Source: a virus (Duplodnaviria > Caudoviricetes). Taken from it: a stretch of DNA of 28,290 bases. Positions 1-8,586 of the stretch are shown here, piece by piece. The notes under the pieces were generated by a model. It was given only the letters and a program-made list of their open reading frames with translations, did no database searches and was not told the origin of the DNA. Where the stretch lies: positions 1 through 28,290 of IMG/VR virus record IMGVR_UViG_3300037465_000360; one strand, given 5' to 3'. The translations under genes and the position numbers were made by a program. The first letter of the stretch is position 1. Every line of letters begins with the position of its first letter.

Positions 1-301
1 CGTAGCCACCGCGACCACCACCACCGCCGCCGCCACCGTAGGAGGGGCGCTCGCCCTGTGGACGCGCTTCATTGGTGGTCAGATTGCGACCGCCGAATTC
101 TTTTTCGTGCAGAGCCTTGATGGCCTCAGTCATGGCAGTGGGAGTGTCCATGGTCACGAAGGCAAAGCCGCGCGGGCGGCCGCTGTCTCGGTCCATGGGC
201 AGATGCACGTCGGTGACGGTGCCGTAATCGGAGAAGAGGGCGCGGATCTCGGCCTCAGTGGCGCTGAAGGGCAGATTGCCCACATACATTTTGGTGTTCA
301 T
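1..301 (-). CDS. RRM-domain RNA-binding protein with Gly-rich tail (3' end beyond left edge)
   Basis: Manual translation from ATG at 301: [29 protein letters not shown]...[11 protein letters not shown]...[21 protein letters not shown]-2 (YVGNL) and RNP-1 (RGFAFVTM) motifs. Absent from the ORF track because it runs off the edge. Confidence 0.93.
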   Translation of the reverse strand, partial: MNTKMYVGNLPFSATEAEIRALFSDYGTVTDVHLPMDRDSGRPRGFAFVTMDTPTAMTEAIKALHEKEFGGRNLTTNEARPQGERPSYGGGGGGGGRGGY

Positions 302-493
302 TTCGATTTGTATTCCTCGGGGTTGTGTCAAACAACCGAACCATAAGGTAAGCTCCATAAGCGGATTTCAGAACACCAAAGGATTCAACCTGATGAACAA
401 TATGACTGACCTGGATCAGGCTGATGAACGCTTTGCCATCGCCTGGCAATCAGGTGCAAGGCAAGCGCGTGTTTGGAAAATCCCATTTCAACC

Positions 494-522
494 TTGCCGG
501 GCTGTGGGGAAATTCTTAGCAT
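494..522 (+). promoter_or_regulatory. Putative sigma70 promoter of cas9, probably giving a leaderless mRNA
   Basis: TTGCCG (494-499), 17-nt spacer, TAGCAT (517-522). ATG is at 530, 7 nt after the -10, with no Shine-Dalgarno. Confidence 0.45.
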
Positions 523-529
523 GTGACGC

Positions 530-3500
530 ATGAGCACGATTTGGGCGTTTGATTTGGGGAAAGGCAGCATCGGCGAAGCCGTGTGGGATGAGGCGCAAAA
601 TAAATTCCTGCACGTGGCCTCGCTGCTGATTCCGGCCGAATTCGCCTCCACCAGAGCCGCCGCCAGCCGCCGCCGCATGTGGCGCACCCGACAGGCGCAC
701 AAGGCGCGTGAGGCATGGCTGGATGAAGTGTGGAAAAAGGCGGGGCTGACACCGCTCATCGGTCGGCGCGTGGGGAAGGTGGATGGCGCGGGACAGTGGA
801 TTGAGCCAAAGGATTGGAAAAAGAAGAAAGGAACATGGAAGCTCAAGCACGAAGGCGATGAGAAGCTGGAGCGCGAGTTCGCGAAAGCCGGTGATCCGAC
901 GTGTTACACCTCCTGCCTCCTTCGCATCAAACTCCTGCGTGGTGAGAAACTGGAGGAATGGCAGATCTACAAGGCGCTGCACTCGGCAGTGCAGAAGAGA
1001 GGGTATGGGCGCGTGCCATGGGCGTCGCGTGATGTGGGACAGAAAAATCTCACAGAAGAAGAACTCGCCAAGGCTTTGAAAAAGCAGGATGACGAACTTG
1101 CGAAGAAAGACCCGACCTACAAAGCCGCTGTCGAAGCCTGGCCGAAGTTCAAACAAGAAGTGCCGGACAAGCAGTTTCATTACCCATGCTTCTATGATGC
1201 GCAGAAGATGGGTTTGTGGAATCCAGCGCAGCCAGATGAACTCAAGGAGCGCATTGACCATGACGCGACATCCACCCGGCGTGTCCGCTTTGATCGCGAG
1301 GATGTGAACCGCGAGATCGCTGAGCTGATGAGACAAGCGGCAAAGCAGAATGACAAACTGAAGCGCTCATTCGAGCAATGGAAAAAAACAGGCTGGAAGG
1401 CGGACGATCCCAAGCGCGGTGATGACGGCGTGTTTCCCGTTCATGCATCAGACATCGGCGAGTTTCTGGTTTATGGCCCGCCCGGAAAGCCAGATGAGCT
1501 GGCAGAAAAAGACTTTGGTGCTTATCTGAAGTTCCGCCAAGAGCGCAGCCTGCACCCTGGCAGCACGGATGACTGGATGGCCGCCACCGGCCAGAAAACT
1601 CCGCGCTTTGACAACCGCATCATCAATGACTGTGCCGTGTTTGAGGGAATGAAGGTCTGCAACGTCGCCATCCGCTACGACCAGAAAAACCAACGCATCT
1701 ACCCTGACTCGCTGCTCTACGCCGAGGTGACGTTCCTGATGAAGCTAAAGAACACACTCGTCGAGGACGTGAACGGCCAGCGCAAGCTCACCGTGGAGGA
1801 AATCAGGAAGATAATCGCCGTCGTTTCCAAAGAGGCACAAGCGGTGAAGCACGATCTCAAAAGATGGTCTGAGGCTGTGGCGAAACGTTACGCTCTCATT
1901 CAGCGTGATTGGGGGAATAAAAAGGGTATCAAAGAGATGAACCTGCGCCCGCTCAAAGGCCACGAAGAGGTGAAAGCACCCAAGACCGAGGGCCGCAGCC
2001 GCTACAGCCGACCAGCCTTGAAAGTGATCAAAGCTCTTTTGCTCAGCGGGCAGAAGCCGAGTTTGTTCTTGAAGCGTTTAGAGGACCGGGAGCCTTTGTT
2101 GTTGGACGAGATCGGCATGGATGTACACGATGCCGATCCGGTGAAAATCATTAACGGCAACAAGCAGAAGTGCGCCCTGCCACGTCCTTACATCCTCACG
2201 AAGCACTTGAAGTTCCTGCGCGATCTCGCGCAAACGAGCGACACCTGGGAGGGCATCTACATCCCCGAGCAGCGGCTCGACGCGCTGGAAGCACGGCACC
2301 GTGATGACGACGGCCAGGTGAACCGCCTCGCCGCCATCCAAGAATTGATCGGCAGCAACAACGATCCGATTGTGAGGCACCGGCTGTCCACGTTCGCCGA
2401 ACGGCTCATGGCGCTGGAGGAGGCGTACGGGGTGCCGTCAGAGATCGTGCTGGAGTTTGTGCGCACTGATTTCATGGGCGACGATGCGAAGCGCGACCTC
2501 GCGAAGTTTCAAAAAGATCGCGAGAAGGCGCGGCTCGAAGCCCGGAAGCTGGTACTGGACTACGGCTATCAGGACACCTTCGCTCCTCTTAAATACGAAC
2601 TGCTCAAGCAGCAGGGTGACGATTGCCTGTATTGCGGCAAGGCCATCAGCATGGATGAGCTGGATCAATGTGAGATCGATCACATCGTGCCGCGCAGCGA
2701 GCGTCATCGCGGGCCGGACGCGATGGTGAACTACGTTCTGGCCTGTCACGAGTGCAACCAGCTCAAGCGCGACCAGACACCTTATGAATATAAGCACGGC
2801 AAGCCCGGCTGGGACGCGTATGCGGAGCGGGTGAACAAGCACGCGGCAACACTGAGGAACAAAAAGATTCAACTGCTCCTGCGTGAGGACGCGCCATTGC
2901 TCGTGGACAAGTACACGGCGCTTGCGGAAACAGCATGGATTTCACGCCTCGCGAAGAAGCTCGCCTCGCTCCACTTCGGCTGGAAGAACGGCGTGGACGA
3001 AAAAGGCGTGCTCCGCGTCACCGTGGTATCCGGTGGCTTGACCGGACGCATCCGGCGCAAATACAAGCTCAATGGCATCCTCGATGTCAATGCAGTGACC
3101 GAGGAGGAGGCCGAAAAGAACCGCACTGACAAGCGCCATCACGCGCTGGATGCGATGATGATCGCCTTTCTGCCCGGATGGATGCGCGATGAGAAGAAAC
3201 AGAAGTTCTTCCGCTTTCCCGACCCCGTGGCCGCCAATCCGCGCGCCTTCTTCGATGCCGAGATCAAGCGCATCATGCCGGAGAACATGGCCGGGGAGAA
3301 AGCGGTGCTGGCTGAGACCATTTATGGTAGCAGACAGGATCAGCCCGGCATGGTGATCGTGCGGCGCGCCCTCGTTCGTGATCTGGCATACAAGCCTGCA
3401 ACGCAGCAGGGCAAGGTGGAGTTCGATTGCGATTACGCGCTCAAACAATTCAAAAGCATCCGCGACAAGGCGATCCGCGAGCGGTTGACAGCCTTCATGA

Positions 3501-3811
3501 ACAAGAAGACCACGGCAGCGCAATGGGATGAGTTCTGCAAGGAGTTCCGCGTCGTGCGTCCAGACGGGAGCGCGGGCGCGCGCATCCTCCGGGTGCGCAT
3601 GACCGTGGGCGCGGCGGATGAATATCGCGACATGTCAAAAGACCAGGGTGGCGCGTGGCGCAAGGCAAAGAAGGGACACAAGGGCCAGATCATTTTCATC
3701 GGAGAGGACGGCAAACCCGCTGTGCGTCCTGTCTATGTTTTCGAGTCCGAGGCAGCTGTGATGCGCGAACTGAAGCAAGCAGGTGCCAACGAAGGGGTTG
3801 AAATAGGATGA
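530..3811 (+). CDS. cas9: Type II (II-C-like) CRISPR endonuclease Cas9, probably C-terminally truncated
   Basis: RuvC-I WAFDLGKGSIG (D8), Arg-rich bridge helix RRRMWRTRQAHKAR, RuvC-II IVLEFVR (E642), HNH CLYCG...EIDHIVPRS...NYVLACHECNQLK (H718), RuvC-III KRHHALDA (~870). 1093 aa. Confidence 0.95.
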   Translation: MSTIWAFDLGKGSIGEAVWDEAQNKFLHVASLLIPAEFASTRAAASRRRMWRTRQAHKAREAWLDEVWKKAGLTPLIGRRVGKVDGAGQWIEPKDWKKKKGTWKLKHEGDEKLEREFAKAGDPTCYTSCLLRIKLLRGEKLEEWQIYKALHSAVQKRGYGRVPWASRDVGQKNLTEEELAKALKKQDDELAKKDPTYKAAVEAWPKFKQEVPDKQFHYPCFYDAQKMGLWNPAQPDELKERIDHDATSTRRVRFDREDVNREIAELMRQAAKQNDKLKRSFEQWKKTGWKADDPKRGDDGVFPVHASDIGEFLVYGPPGKPDELAEKDFGAYLKFRQERSLHPGSTDDWMAATGQKTPRFDNRIINDCAVFEGMKVCNVAIRYDQKNQRIYPDSLLYAEVTFLMKLKNTLVEDVNGQRKLTVEEIRKIIAVVSKEAQAVKHDLKRWSEAVAKRYALIQRDWGNKKGIKEMNLRPLKGHEEVKAPKTEGRSRYSRPALKVIKALLLSGQKPSLFLKRLEDREPLLLDEIGMDVHDADPVKIINGNKQKCALPRPYILTKHLKFLRDLAQTSDTWEGIYIPEQRLDALEARHRDDDGQVNRLAAIQELIGSNNDPIVRHRLSTFAERLMALEEAYGVPSEIVLEFVRTDFMGDDAKRDLAKFQKDREKARLEARKLVLDYGYQDTFAPLKYELLKQQGDDCLYCGKAISMDELDQCEIDHIVPRSERHRGPDAMVNYVLACHECNQLKRDQTPYEYKHGKPGWDAYAERVNKHAATLRNKKIQLLLREDAPLLVDKYTALAETAWISRLAKKLASLHFGWKNGVDEKGVLRVTVVSGGLTGRIRRKYKLNGILDVNAVTEEEAEKNRTDKRHHALDAMMIAFLPGWMRDEKKQKFFRFPDPVAANPRAFFDAEIKRIMPENMAGEKAVLAETIYGSRQDQPGMVIVRRALVRDLAYKPATQQGKVEFDCDYALKQFKSIRDKAIRERLTAFMNKKTTAAQWDEFCKEFRVVRPDGSAGARILRVRMTVGAADEYRDMSKDQGGAWRKAKKGHKGQIIFIGEDGKPAVRPVYVFESEAAVMRELKQAGANEGVEIG

Positions 3812-3871
3812 GACACCTAGCATTGGGTGGGGTTGGCTGGGTGCAAAATAGTGTGCGCGGTCAGAAAAGGG

Positions 3872-4324
3872 TCACTTTTGGTGGAGTTTGAGGGCGCGGT
3901 GGGCTGCCGAGAGCATCCGGCGGCGGGCGCTGGCTGATGGGCGCCCGTTGTCATCGAAAGGAAAGAATGGCCGCCCAGGGATGGTGTCTGTGCCGAGCTG
4001 CTGGTAGCCAGCGTAGGGGCGGTCTGAACCAACGGTGACGTTCTTGGAGCTGACTGAGACGATCCTGGGGCTGGCGGCTAGAGTGCCCTCGTTAATCAGC
4101 GGCTTCGAGCCGTAGCCAGCCCGGCGCTTTGAGGCCAGTGTGGCGTCACTCAAGGCAGCCCAGGCGGACGGTCTCAAGCTGGCATTGGTGAACGCGCGCT
4201 GAGCCATGCTCACGATGACAAGACCCATGGCCTCCAGCGCCTTGTGGGGGTTTGAGCAGGTGGCGAGGTGCTCCCGAAGGCTCGGCGTGAGCACGTCGCG
4301 GGTTTTGATGACTTCAATTTTCAT
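3872..4324 (-). CDS. Mu gpG-like phage virion morphogenesis protein
   Basis: WAALSDATLASK, LINEGTLAAS, VTVGSDRPYAGYQQLGT and IPGRPFFPF motifs typical of the family. Confidence 0.88.
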   Translation of the reverse strand: MKIEVIKTRDVLTPSLREHLATCSNPHKALEAMGLVIVSMAQRAFTNASLRPSAWAALSDATLASKRRAGYGSKPLINEGTLAASPRIVSVSSKNVTVGSDRPYAGYQQLGTDTIPGRPFFPFDDNGRPSASARRRMLSAAHRALKLHQK

Positions 4325-4553
4325 AAAGGGTCGCCCGCAGGGCTGACCCGGAGAAATTCAACGGCAGCGCCCGAAGGAAAGCAACACCGTTTTCGGCTGA
4401 AACCAGGCCGCCGGTCACAACCAGCGGAGAGGCGTCACTGACGAGCCTTTCAAGGCGCGGCGAGTCGCACAGCGCGCGGTTGCCTGGCCCAAGGCTCCAG
4501 GTTCCAAGCAGCTTCGGCTCGTCGCCTGTGTGTGAATGGAAGACGACTTTCAT
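4314..4553 (-). CDS. 79-aa hypothetical protein, candidate immunity/partner of the MuF C-terminal kinase
   Basis: Starts 2 nt after the MuF stop and overlaps the gpG start. This is the position immunity genes take in MuF toxin loci. Confidence 0.6.
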   Translation of the reverse strand: MKVVFHSHTGDEPKLLGTWSLGPGNRALCDSPRLERLVSDASPLVVTGGLVSAENGVAFLRALPLNFSGSALRATLYEN

Positions 4554-4555
4554 GG

Positions 4556-6316
4556 TTAATAGAACGGCTCCTCTTTGGTGACGCGCTTGGACTCTGGAAG
4601 ATGAGGATTGATCTCGGAGATGTCGAAGTCACCAAAGGTGCCTCGGGCTTTCAGTGCCCGTGCGCGCGCAAACATACCATCCACGGCCCCGTCAGACAAG
4701 AGAGGCTTCAGCGAGCGACGGACGCTTCGCTCCTCGCTGATGAAGCGCTCAATGCGGGCCATATTGAGAGGATCAATGGCACGGCCCTCCGCCGGGCCGG
4801 CGAAGCGCTTTCTTGTGATCGCCGGTGTGTCCGGCAGGCAATAGCCATTGTCGATCAGCGCGATCTCCACATCAGCACCAGCTCTCCTGGCGAGCCAGTT
4901 TCCATTATGTCGGTCGGTGTGCAGCAGCAGGTCGTCCAGGAGCTGCCAGTCATTGGCGAGCTGCGGAGGCATCCCCTTCCAGCCACGGGGACGCGCTCCG
5001 GTGGTGGTGCTGGTGGAGTGCAGGTCGCTGCGGTTGAAAAAGTCGGCTGCATCCTCGAATCCGCGCTGGAACAACTGCGCGGAACCCTCCTTGCCGCGCC
5101 ATTCGAGCCGGGCGGTGGGCGGCACCAAGCCGAGGTTGAGAGCCTCGTCAATTTTGCTGGCGGCGATCTCGCGCTTCCATTGCGTTCCTGGCACGACGCC
5201 GCGTCGAAGCTGGCGCTTCTCCTCGCCAGCCGCCGACTTGAAAACAACCTCGACACCGTTCTTGACGCGGCGCGTATCATTGACACCTCCGCCGAGCACT
5301 TTCTCGGACTTGAATGCGCCGTTTTCAATCGCGGCCCACTTCGCCGGCGTGGTGCTGGCCTGCCTCTCCGTCCATAAAAAGGTGAGCTCCGGTGTGAGCA
5401 GCGGCGCTGGCTGGTTTGGGAGCGGGAAAGAGCCTTGATTCAAGGCTTTGCCGTTCAGCCAGTCCCAGATGCTGGCTGTCTCACCCGCGCCGATCTCTTG
5501 CTTACGTGCCCAGGATTCAAATTCATTCCAGCTCTGCTGGCGCTCGGGGCTGTCCTGGTAGCGGGCGCGCAGGCCGTTGGCGTCGAGCCGCAGCGAGCCG
5601 GGATCAAAGAAAAAGCCATCTTCCCTGCCCTTCTCGATGGGCGCGCGGACATCGAAGTTTGCGCTCGGGCCGCGCGAGATGCGGCCATTGTTTTCCAGGT
5701 TCGCCCTGGCCGGGCCTTCGAGCACATTGCGTTTCTCGGGCGGCAGGTTTTTTTCCTGGTGGATCAGATCCTCCACGTCCTCCGGCAGCAGCGCGACCTT
5801 GCGGCATCGGCAGCCCCAGTCCCAGGGCGGCGTGTGGGTTTTCCAAAACGGTGAATCCGCCGGCAGCACGACGTTGTGCAGCGCGGCGTGCGTGGGTCTG
5901 ACCTTCTCATCGTCGAGGCTGAGGTACTGCCAGAAGGGGAACACATCGGCCTGACGCTCCAGCACTTGATGATTCGCGTTCGCGTAGGCTTGAAAGCCAT
6001 GCGTGCGCAGGATGAGCTGAGCGCGGGCGAGCGCGCCCTTATCATCGTCGTGCGAAACAAAGGGGCCGATGGAGGCGGCGATCTGTTTTTTCGCCTGCCT
6101 CCAGTCCGCGCCCTCGGGCACCTGGGCGACCAGCTCCCTGACATCGGCCAGGATGTTCATGTTTTCGATGCCGGTGATGGTGAAGGCGCGCGCGCGCAAT
6201 TCCGGGAGCAGGCCGTCAAAGACCTGCTTGGCGACCAGCGGCTTGCCGCGCAGCCACTCCGCCGCCTCGGTGTGAGGCGTGGGTTCAAGGAGAAAGTTTT
6301 TGGGAGGTTTTTTCAC
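4556..6316 (-). CDS. MuF (gpF) head morphogenesis protein fused to a C-terminal PI3/PI4-kinase/HipA-like domain
   Basis: N-terminal MuF motif VRPTHAALHNVVLPADSPFWKTHTPPWDWGCRCRKV. C-terminal LGGGVN, VFKS, REIAAS, LVPPT, GSAQLF, DRHNGNWL and LIDNGYCLP kinase-fold motifs. Confidence 0.88.
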   Translation of the reverse strand: MKKPPKNFLLEPTPHTEAAEWLRGKPLVAKQVFDGLLPELRARAFTITGIENMNILADVRELVAQVPEGADWRQAKKQIAASIGPFVSHDDDKGALARAQLILRTHGFQAYANANHQVLERQADVFPFWQYLSLDDEKVRPTHAALHNVVLPADSPFWKTHTPPWDWGCRCRKVALLPEDVEDLIHQEKNLPPEKRNVLEGPARANLENNGRISRGPSANFDVRAPIEKGREDGFFFDPGSLRLDANGLRARYQDSPERQQSWNEFESWARKQEIGAGETASIWDWLNGKALNQGSFPLPNQPAPLLTPELTFLWTERQASTTPAKWAAIENGAFKSEKVLGGGVNDTRRVKNGVEVVFKSAAGEEKRQLRRGVVPGTQWKREIAASKIDEALNLGLVPPTARLEWRGKEGSAQLFQRGFEDAADFFNRSDLHSTSTTTGARPRGWKGMPPQLANDWQLLDDLLLHTDRHNGNWLARRAGADVEIALIDNGYCLPDTPAITRKRFAGPAEGRAIDPLNMARIERFISEERSVRRSLKPLLSDGAVDGMFARARALKARGTFGDFDISEINPHLPESKRVTKEEPFY

Positions 6317-6351
6317 TTTGATATACGACCATTGGTTGTGGAATCACCGTT

Positions 6352-6459
6352 CTAGTCATCAAAAAGCGTCCCCTGTGCGACCTTCGCCGCGCAGGCTTTT
6401 GCGTAGATTGGGTTACGCTCGATGCCCACGGCACCAAATCCGCACAGCTTCGCGGCTGA
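6352..6459 (-). pseudogene. C-terminal remnant of an N6/N4 (beta-class) DNA methyltransferase
   Basis: Frame not in the ORF track reads SAAKLCGFGAVGIERNPIYAKACAAKVAQGTLFDD*, resembling the AAKxxGRxxxGIE...Y...QxxLF ending of phage MTases. No start codon or FxGxG motif upstream. Confidence 0.6.
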
Positions 6460-6790
6460 GGTGTTGCAGTAGCGGAGTCAGCAGTGATCCGGGAAGACGC
6501 TTTGCCCTGAGTGATTGGATGCCTTCGCGCAGCGCGGTGCCGATGCCGTGCTGGCAAAAGTAAAGCAGTGCATTGAATGCCTGATTCTGCGTGCTCGCGG
6601 CTAATGCGCCGCGAGCCAGGTCGGACAAGAAGGACTCCACCCTGCGCTCACTGTCCATGGCCGCTGCCTGTGCGTCGAGCTTCCTCAGCCAGGCGGCATA
6701 GCGGAGTACCCAGTGACGATAGCACTTGGCGGTCTTGTGGCTCTTATGCTGAAGCCTCAGCTTGTCGAGCATGGCGTCGAGCGCTCTCAT
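6413..6790 (-). pseudogene. Truncated integron-integrase-like tyrosine recombinase (N-terminal SAM-like domain only)
   Basis: LRLQHKSHKTAKCYRHWVLRY...VESFLSDLA...AASTQNQAFNALLYF...RAKR matches IntI-type N-termini. No catalytic R-H-R-Y domain. Confidence 0.8.
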
Positions 6791-7281
6791 TCTGCGCCGT
6801 CCTCCTTGATCATCTCTTCCCGTTCAATGAGGCTGCCGATGCCGCAGCGGGTGGCGTTCCAGAGGTCTTTGCGCTCGGGTGTCCACCAGCTTTTCTTCCC
6901 GGGCTGTCGGCGGGTGCGGTGCAGGTGTTTCAGGACGCTGATGAGATCCACCAGCAGCGTGCGAGGGCCGAACTCGCTGCTCTTCACGAAGCCGGTGCTC
7001 AGGAGGCGATAGAAGACGCTGGTGGACACGCCGAGGCCGAGGCGCGCGGCCAGATCCTCCGTCATGCGCACATGCTGCGCCCAAACGCAAGGGGTGAGCT
7101 GGTAGGTGCCCGTGGCCGGGTTCTTGACAAGCGCCATCGTGGCGTATTGCGGGATGGTGTCCGGAACTTTGACACGGACGCGGGCGCCGGGGTAAAGCTC
7201 GACCTCGATCTCTTGATTGACCGGGGCGCACCAGGCTTCATCTGGCGGCTGGGTGGTGGTGGATTCATCGCGTAGGCTCAT
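6787..7281 (-). CDS. Hypothetical protein with a possible excisionase/MerR-like HTH
   Basis: Likely start MSLRDES at 7281. EDLAARLGLGVSTSVFYRLLSTGFVKS..FGPRTLLVDL resembles a Xis-like winged helix. ATGA overlap with the integrase remnant. Confidence 0.55.
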   Translation of the reverse strand: MSLRDESTTTQPPDEAWCAPVNQEIEVELYPGARVRVKVPDTIPQYATMALVKNPATGTYQLTPCVWAQHVRMTEDLAARLGLGVSTSVFYRLLSTGFVKSSEFGPRTLLVDLISVLKHLHRTRRQPGKKSWWTPERKDLWNATRCGIGSLIEREEMIKEDGAE

Positions 7282-7294
7282 GGGCGGGGATGTT

Positions 7295-7609
7295 TTACAG
7301 GGAAAAAGCGAGCTGGGGATCGGCGAGGTCGCGCACACGGGCGTGGTGGAATGCCTCCACCTCCGCCATGGAGCGGGCGCGGTAGATGCCTTCGTGGCCC
7401 TCGCCGCCGATCAGCTCGACAAAGCCGAGGTCGAGCAGCTCCGTGGTGCGCGGGCGCAAGGTGAGGAGGCTGAGGCCGGAGCGATCCGCGATCTGCTTGG
7501 TGGTGCCGGGGCCGTAGTCAAGGAATGCCTGATAGACCTGGATGCGCAGGCCGGAGAGGCGTGACTTCAGATCGCTGAAGGTGGCGTTGCGGTAATCAAT
7601 CGGTACCAT
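7295..7609 (-). CDS. Winged-helix DNA-binding protein
   Basis: GPGTTKQIADRSGLSLLTLRPRTTELLDLGFVE wHTH pattern. Confidence 0.7.
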   Translation of the reverse strand: MVPIDYRNATFSDLKSRLSGLRIQVYQAFLDYGPGTTKQIADRSGLSLLTLRPRTTELLDLGFVELIGGEGHEGIYRARSMAEVEAFHHARVRDLADPQLAFSL

Positions 7610-7632
7610 GGGTTTGAGAGTTCAGGGTTCAG
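7610..7632 (-). repeat. Heptamer tandem array (CTGAACC/CTGAACT-like)
   Basis: Minus strand CTGAACC CTGAACT CTCAAAC CC fills the whole intergenic gap. Confidence 0.7.
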
Positions 7633-8211
7633 TTAGTCTTGGGTGCGGCGCTGGCTTTTGTTCCGGTTGGCGGCGTTGCCTTTGCCGTGCTTGGCGTTGC
7701 CGCGATTGCGGATGGTGTAGAAGACCTTCCAGACCTCTTTGGTGTGCAGGCTGGCGAGGGGGCGCTTGAACACGGCGCGGGCGATGGTCTCGGCGTAGCC
7801 GGGCTGGAGACCCTGGGCCAGCAGCTCGGTGCTGAGCTTTTGGTGAGCGATGCGCAGACCCTCTGTTTCGCTTTTCATAGCGCTGTCAAAGGCGCGGGCG
7901 CTCTCACCAAAAATGACGAGGAAGCGTGCCTGGATGGCCTTGTAATCGCCGTTGCCGGCGGCGCTGATGCGTTTCCCGCACGCCTCCACCGCCACACGGT
8001 GGCGGAAGTCTTCCAAAGACTCGCCCGCGAGCTGATCACGCCGCCCCAGGTGCAGCCAGGCTTCCTCGGCAAGATTGGAGAGCTGCCACTTTTGGCGGCG
8101 ACTGAGCGGGGCGCTGGTGCCGGGATACGGGGCGGGGCTGCGAACGGGAGCGTCCGTGCTCCTGTCCGGGCGTGGCGCACTGGCTGCGGGCTGGAGGATG
8201 TAGGTGCGCAT
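7633..8211 (-). CDS. GemA/gp16-like Mu early protein
   Basis: Likely start MRTYILQ at 8211. EDFRHRVAVEACGKRIS and YAETIARAVFKRPLASL resemble GemA/DUF1018; position in the Mu semi-essential region fits. Confidence 0.5.
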   Translation of the reverse strand: MRTYILQPAASAPRPDRSTDAPVRSPAPYPGTSAPLSRRQKWQLSNLAEEAWLHLGRRDQLAGESLEDFRHRVAVEACGKRISAAGNGDYKAIQARFLVIFGESARAFDSAMKSETEGLRIAHQKLSTELLAQGLQPGYAETIARAVFKRPLASLHTKEVWKVFYTIRNRGNAKHGKGNAANRNKSQRRTQD

Positions 8212-8215
8212 GGGG

Positions 8216-8467
8216 TTAGCGGATTCCGAGGAGGTCTTTGAGGTTGGTTTGAAGCCTGCGGACGGCCTCCTGGCTGGCTTTGATCTCCACGAGTGAGATG
8301 ATGAGCGGCATATCCGGCGCATCGTCAGAGCACAAGGTCAATTCCAGACGACCGCCGAAGCACCACACGGCTAAACCGTTGTGATCGAGGTAAGGCTTCA
8401 GCTCAAAGCCGAGCTGGTTCATCACATCGAATTGCGCTGGCAGGACTTTGGCGGGGATGTTGCTCAT
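8216..8467 (-). CDS. Hypothetical phage protein (83 aa)
   Basis: Start MSNIPAK at 8467 with ATGA overlap. This is the C-terminal part of track ORF 8216..8884. Confidence 0.6.
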   Translation of the reverse strand: MSNIPAKVLPAQFDVMNQLGFELKPYLDHNGLAVWCFGGRLELTLCSDDAPDMPLIISLVEIKASQEAVRRLQTNLKDLLGIR

Positions 8468-8586
8468 CGGCGGCGGCTGGGTGCGGGTTTGCGGGCCTGG
8501 GTGGCGGGCTGCTTGCGACGCAGCAGCGCGGTGAGGGTGCGCTCCGTTTGCAGGCAAATGGATTTGCGGAGATGTGCTGCGGTCAT
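8464..8586 (-). CDS. Small basic hypothetical protein (40 aa)
   Basis: MTAAHLRKSICLQTERTLTALLRRKQP...; ATGA overlaps at both ends. Confidence 0.4.
   Translation of the reverse strand: MTAAHLRKSICLQTERTLTALLRRKQPATQARKPAPSRRR

Noticed and set aside
302-529. tracrRNA or CRISPR array upstream of cas9
   Set aside because: No repeat-spacer periodicity and no repeat to test an anti-repeat against. The short hairpins (GGTTGT/ACAACC, TTGCCA/TGGCAA) fit the RRM gene leader or promoter region equally well.
3812-3871. Repeated MuA binding sites defining the prophage end
   Set aside because: No convincing repeated motif could be seen in the 60-bp gap, so the exact end remains unassigned.
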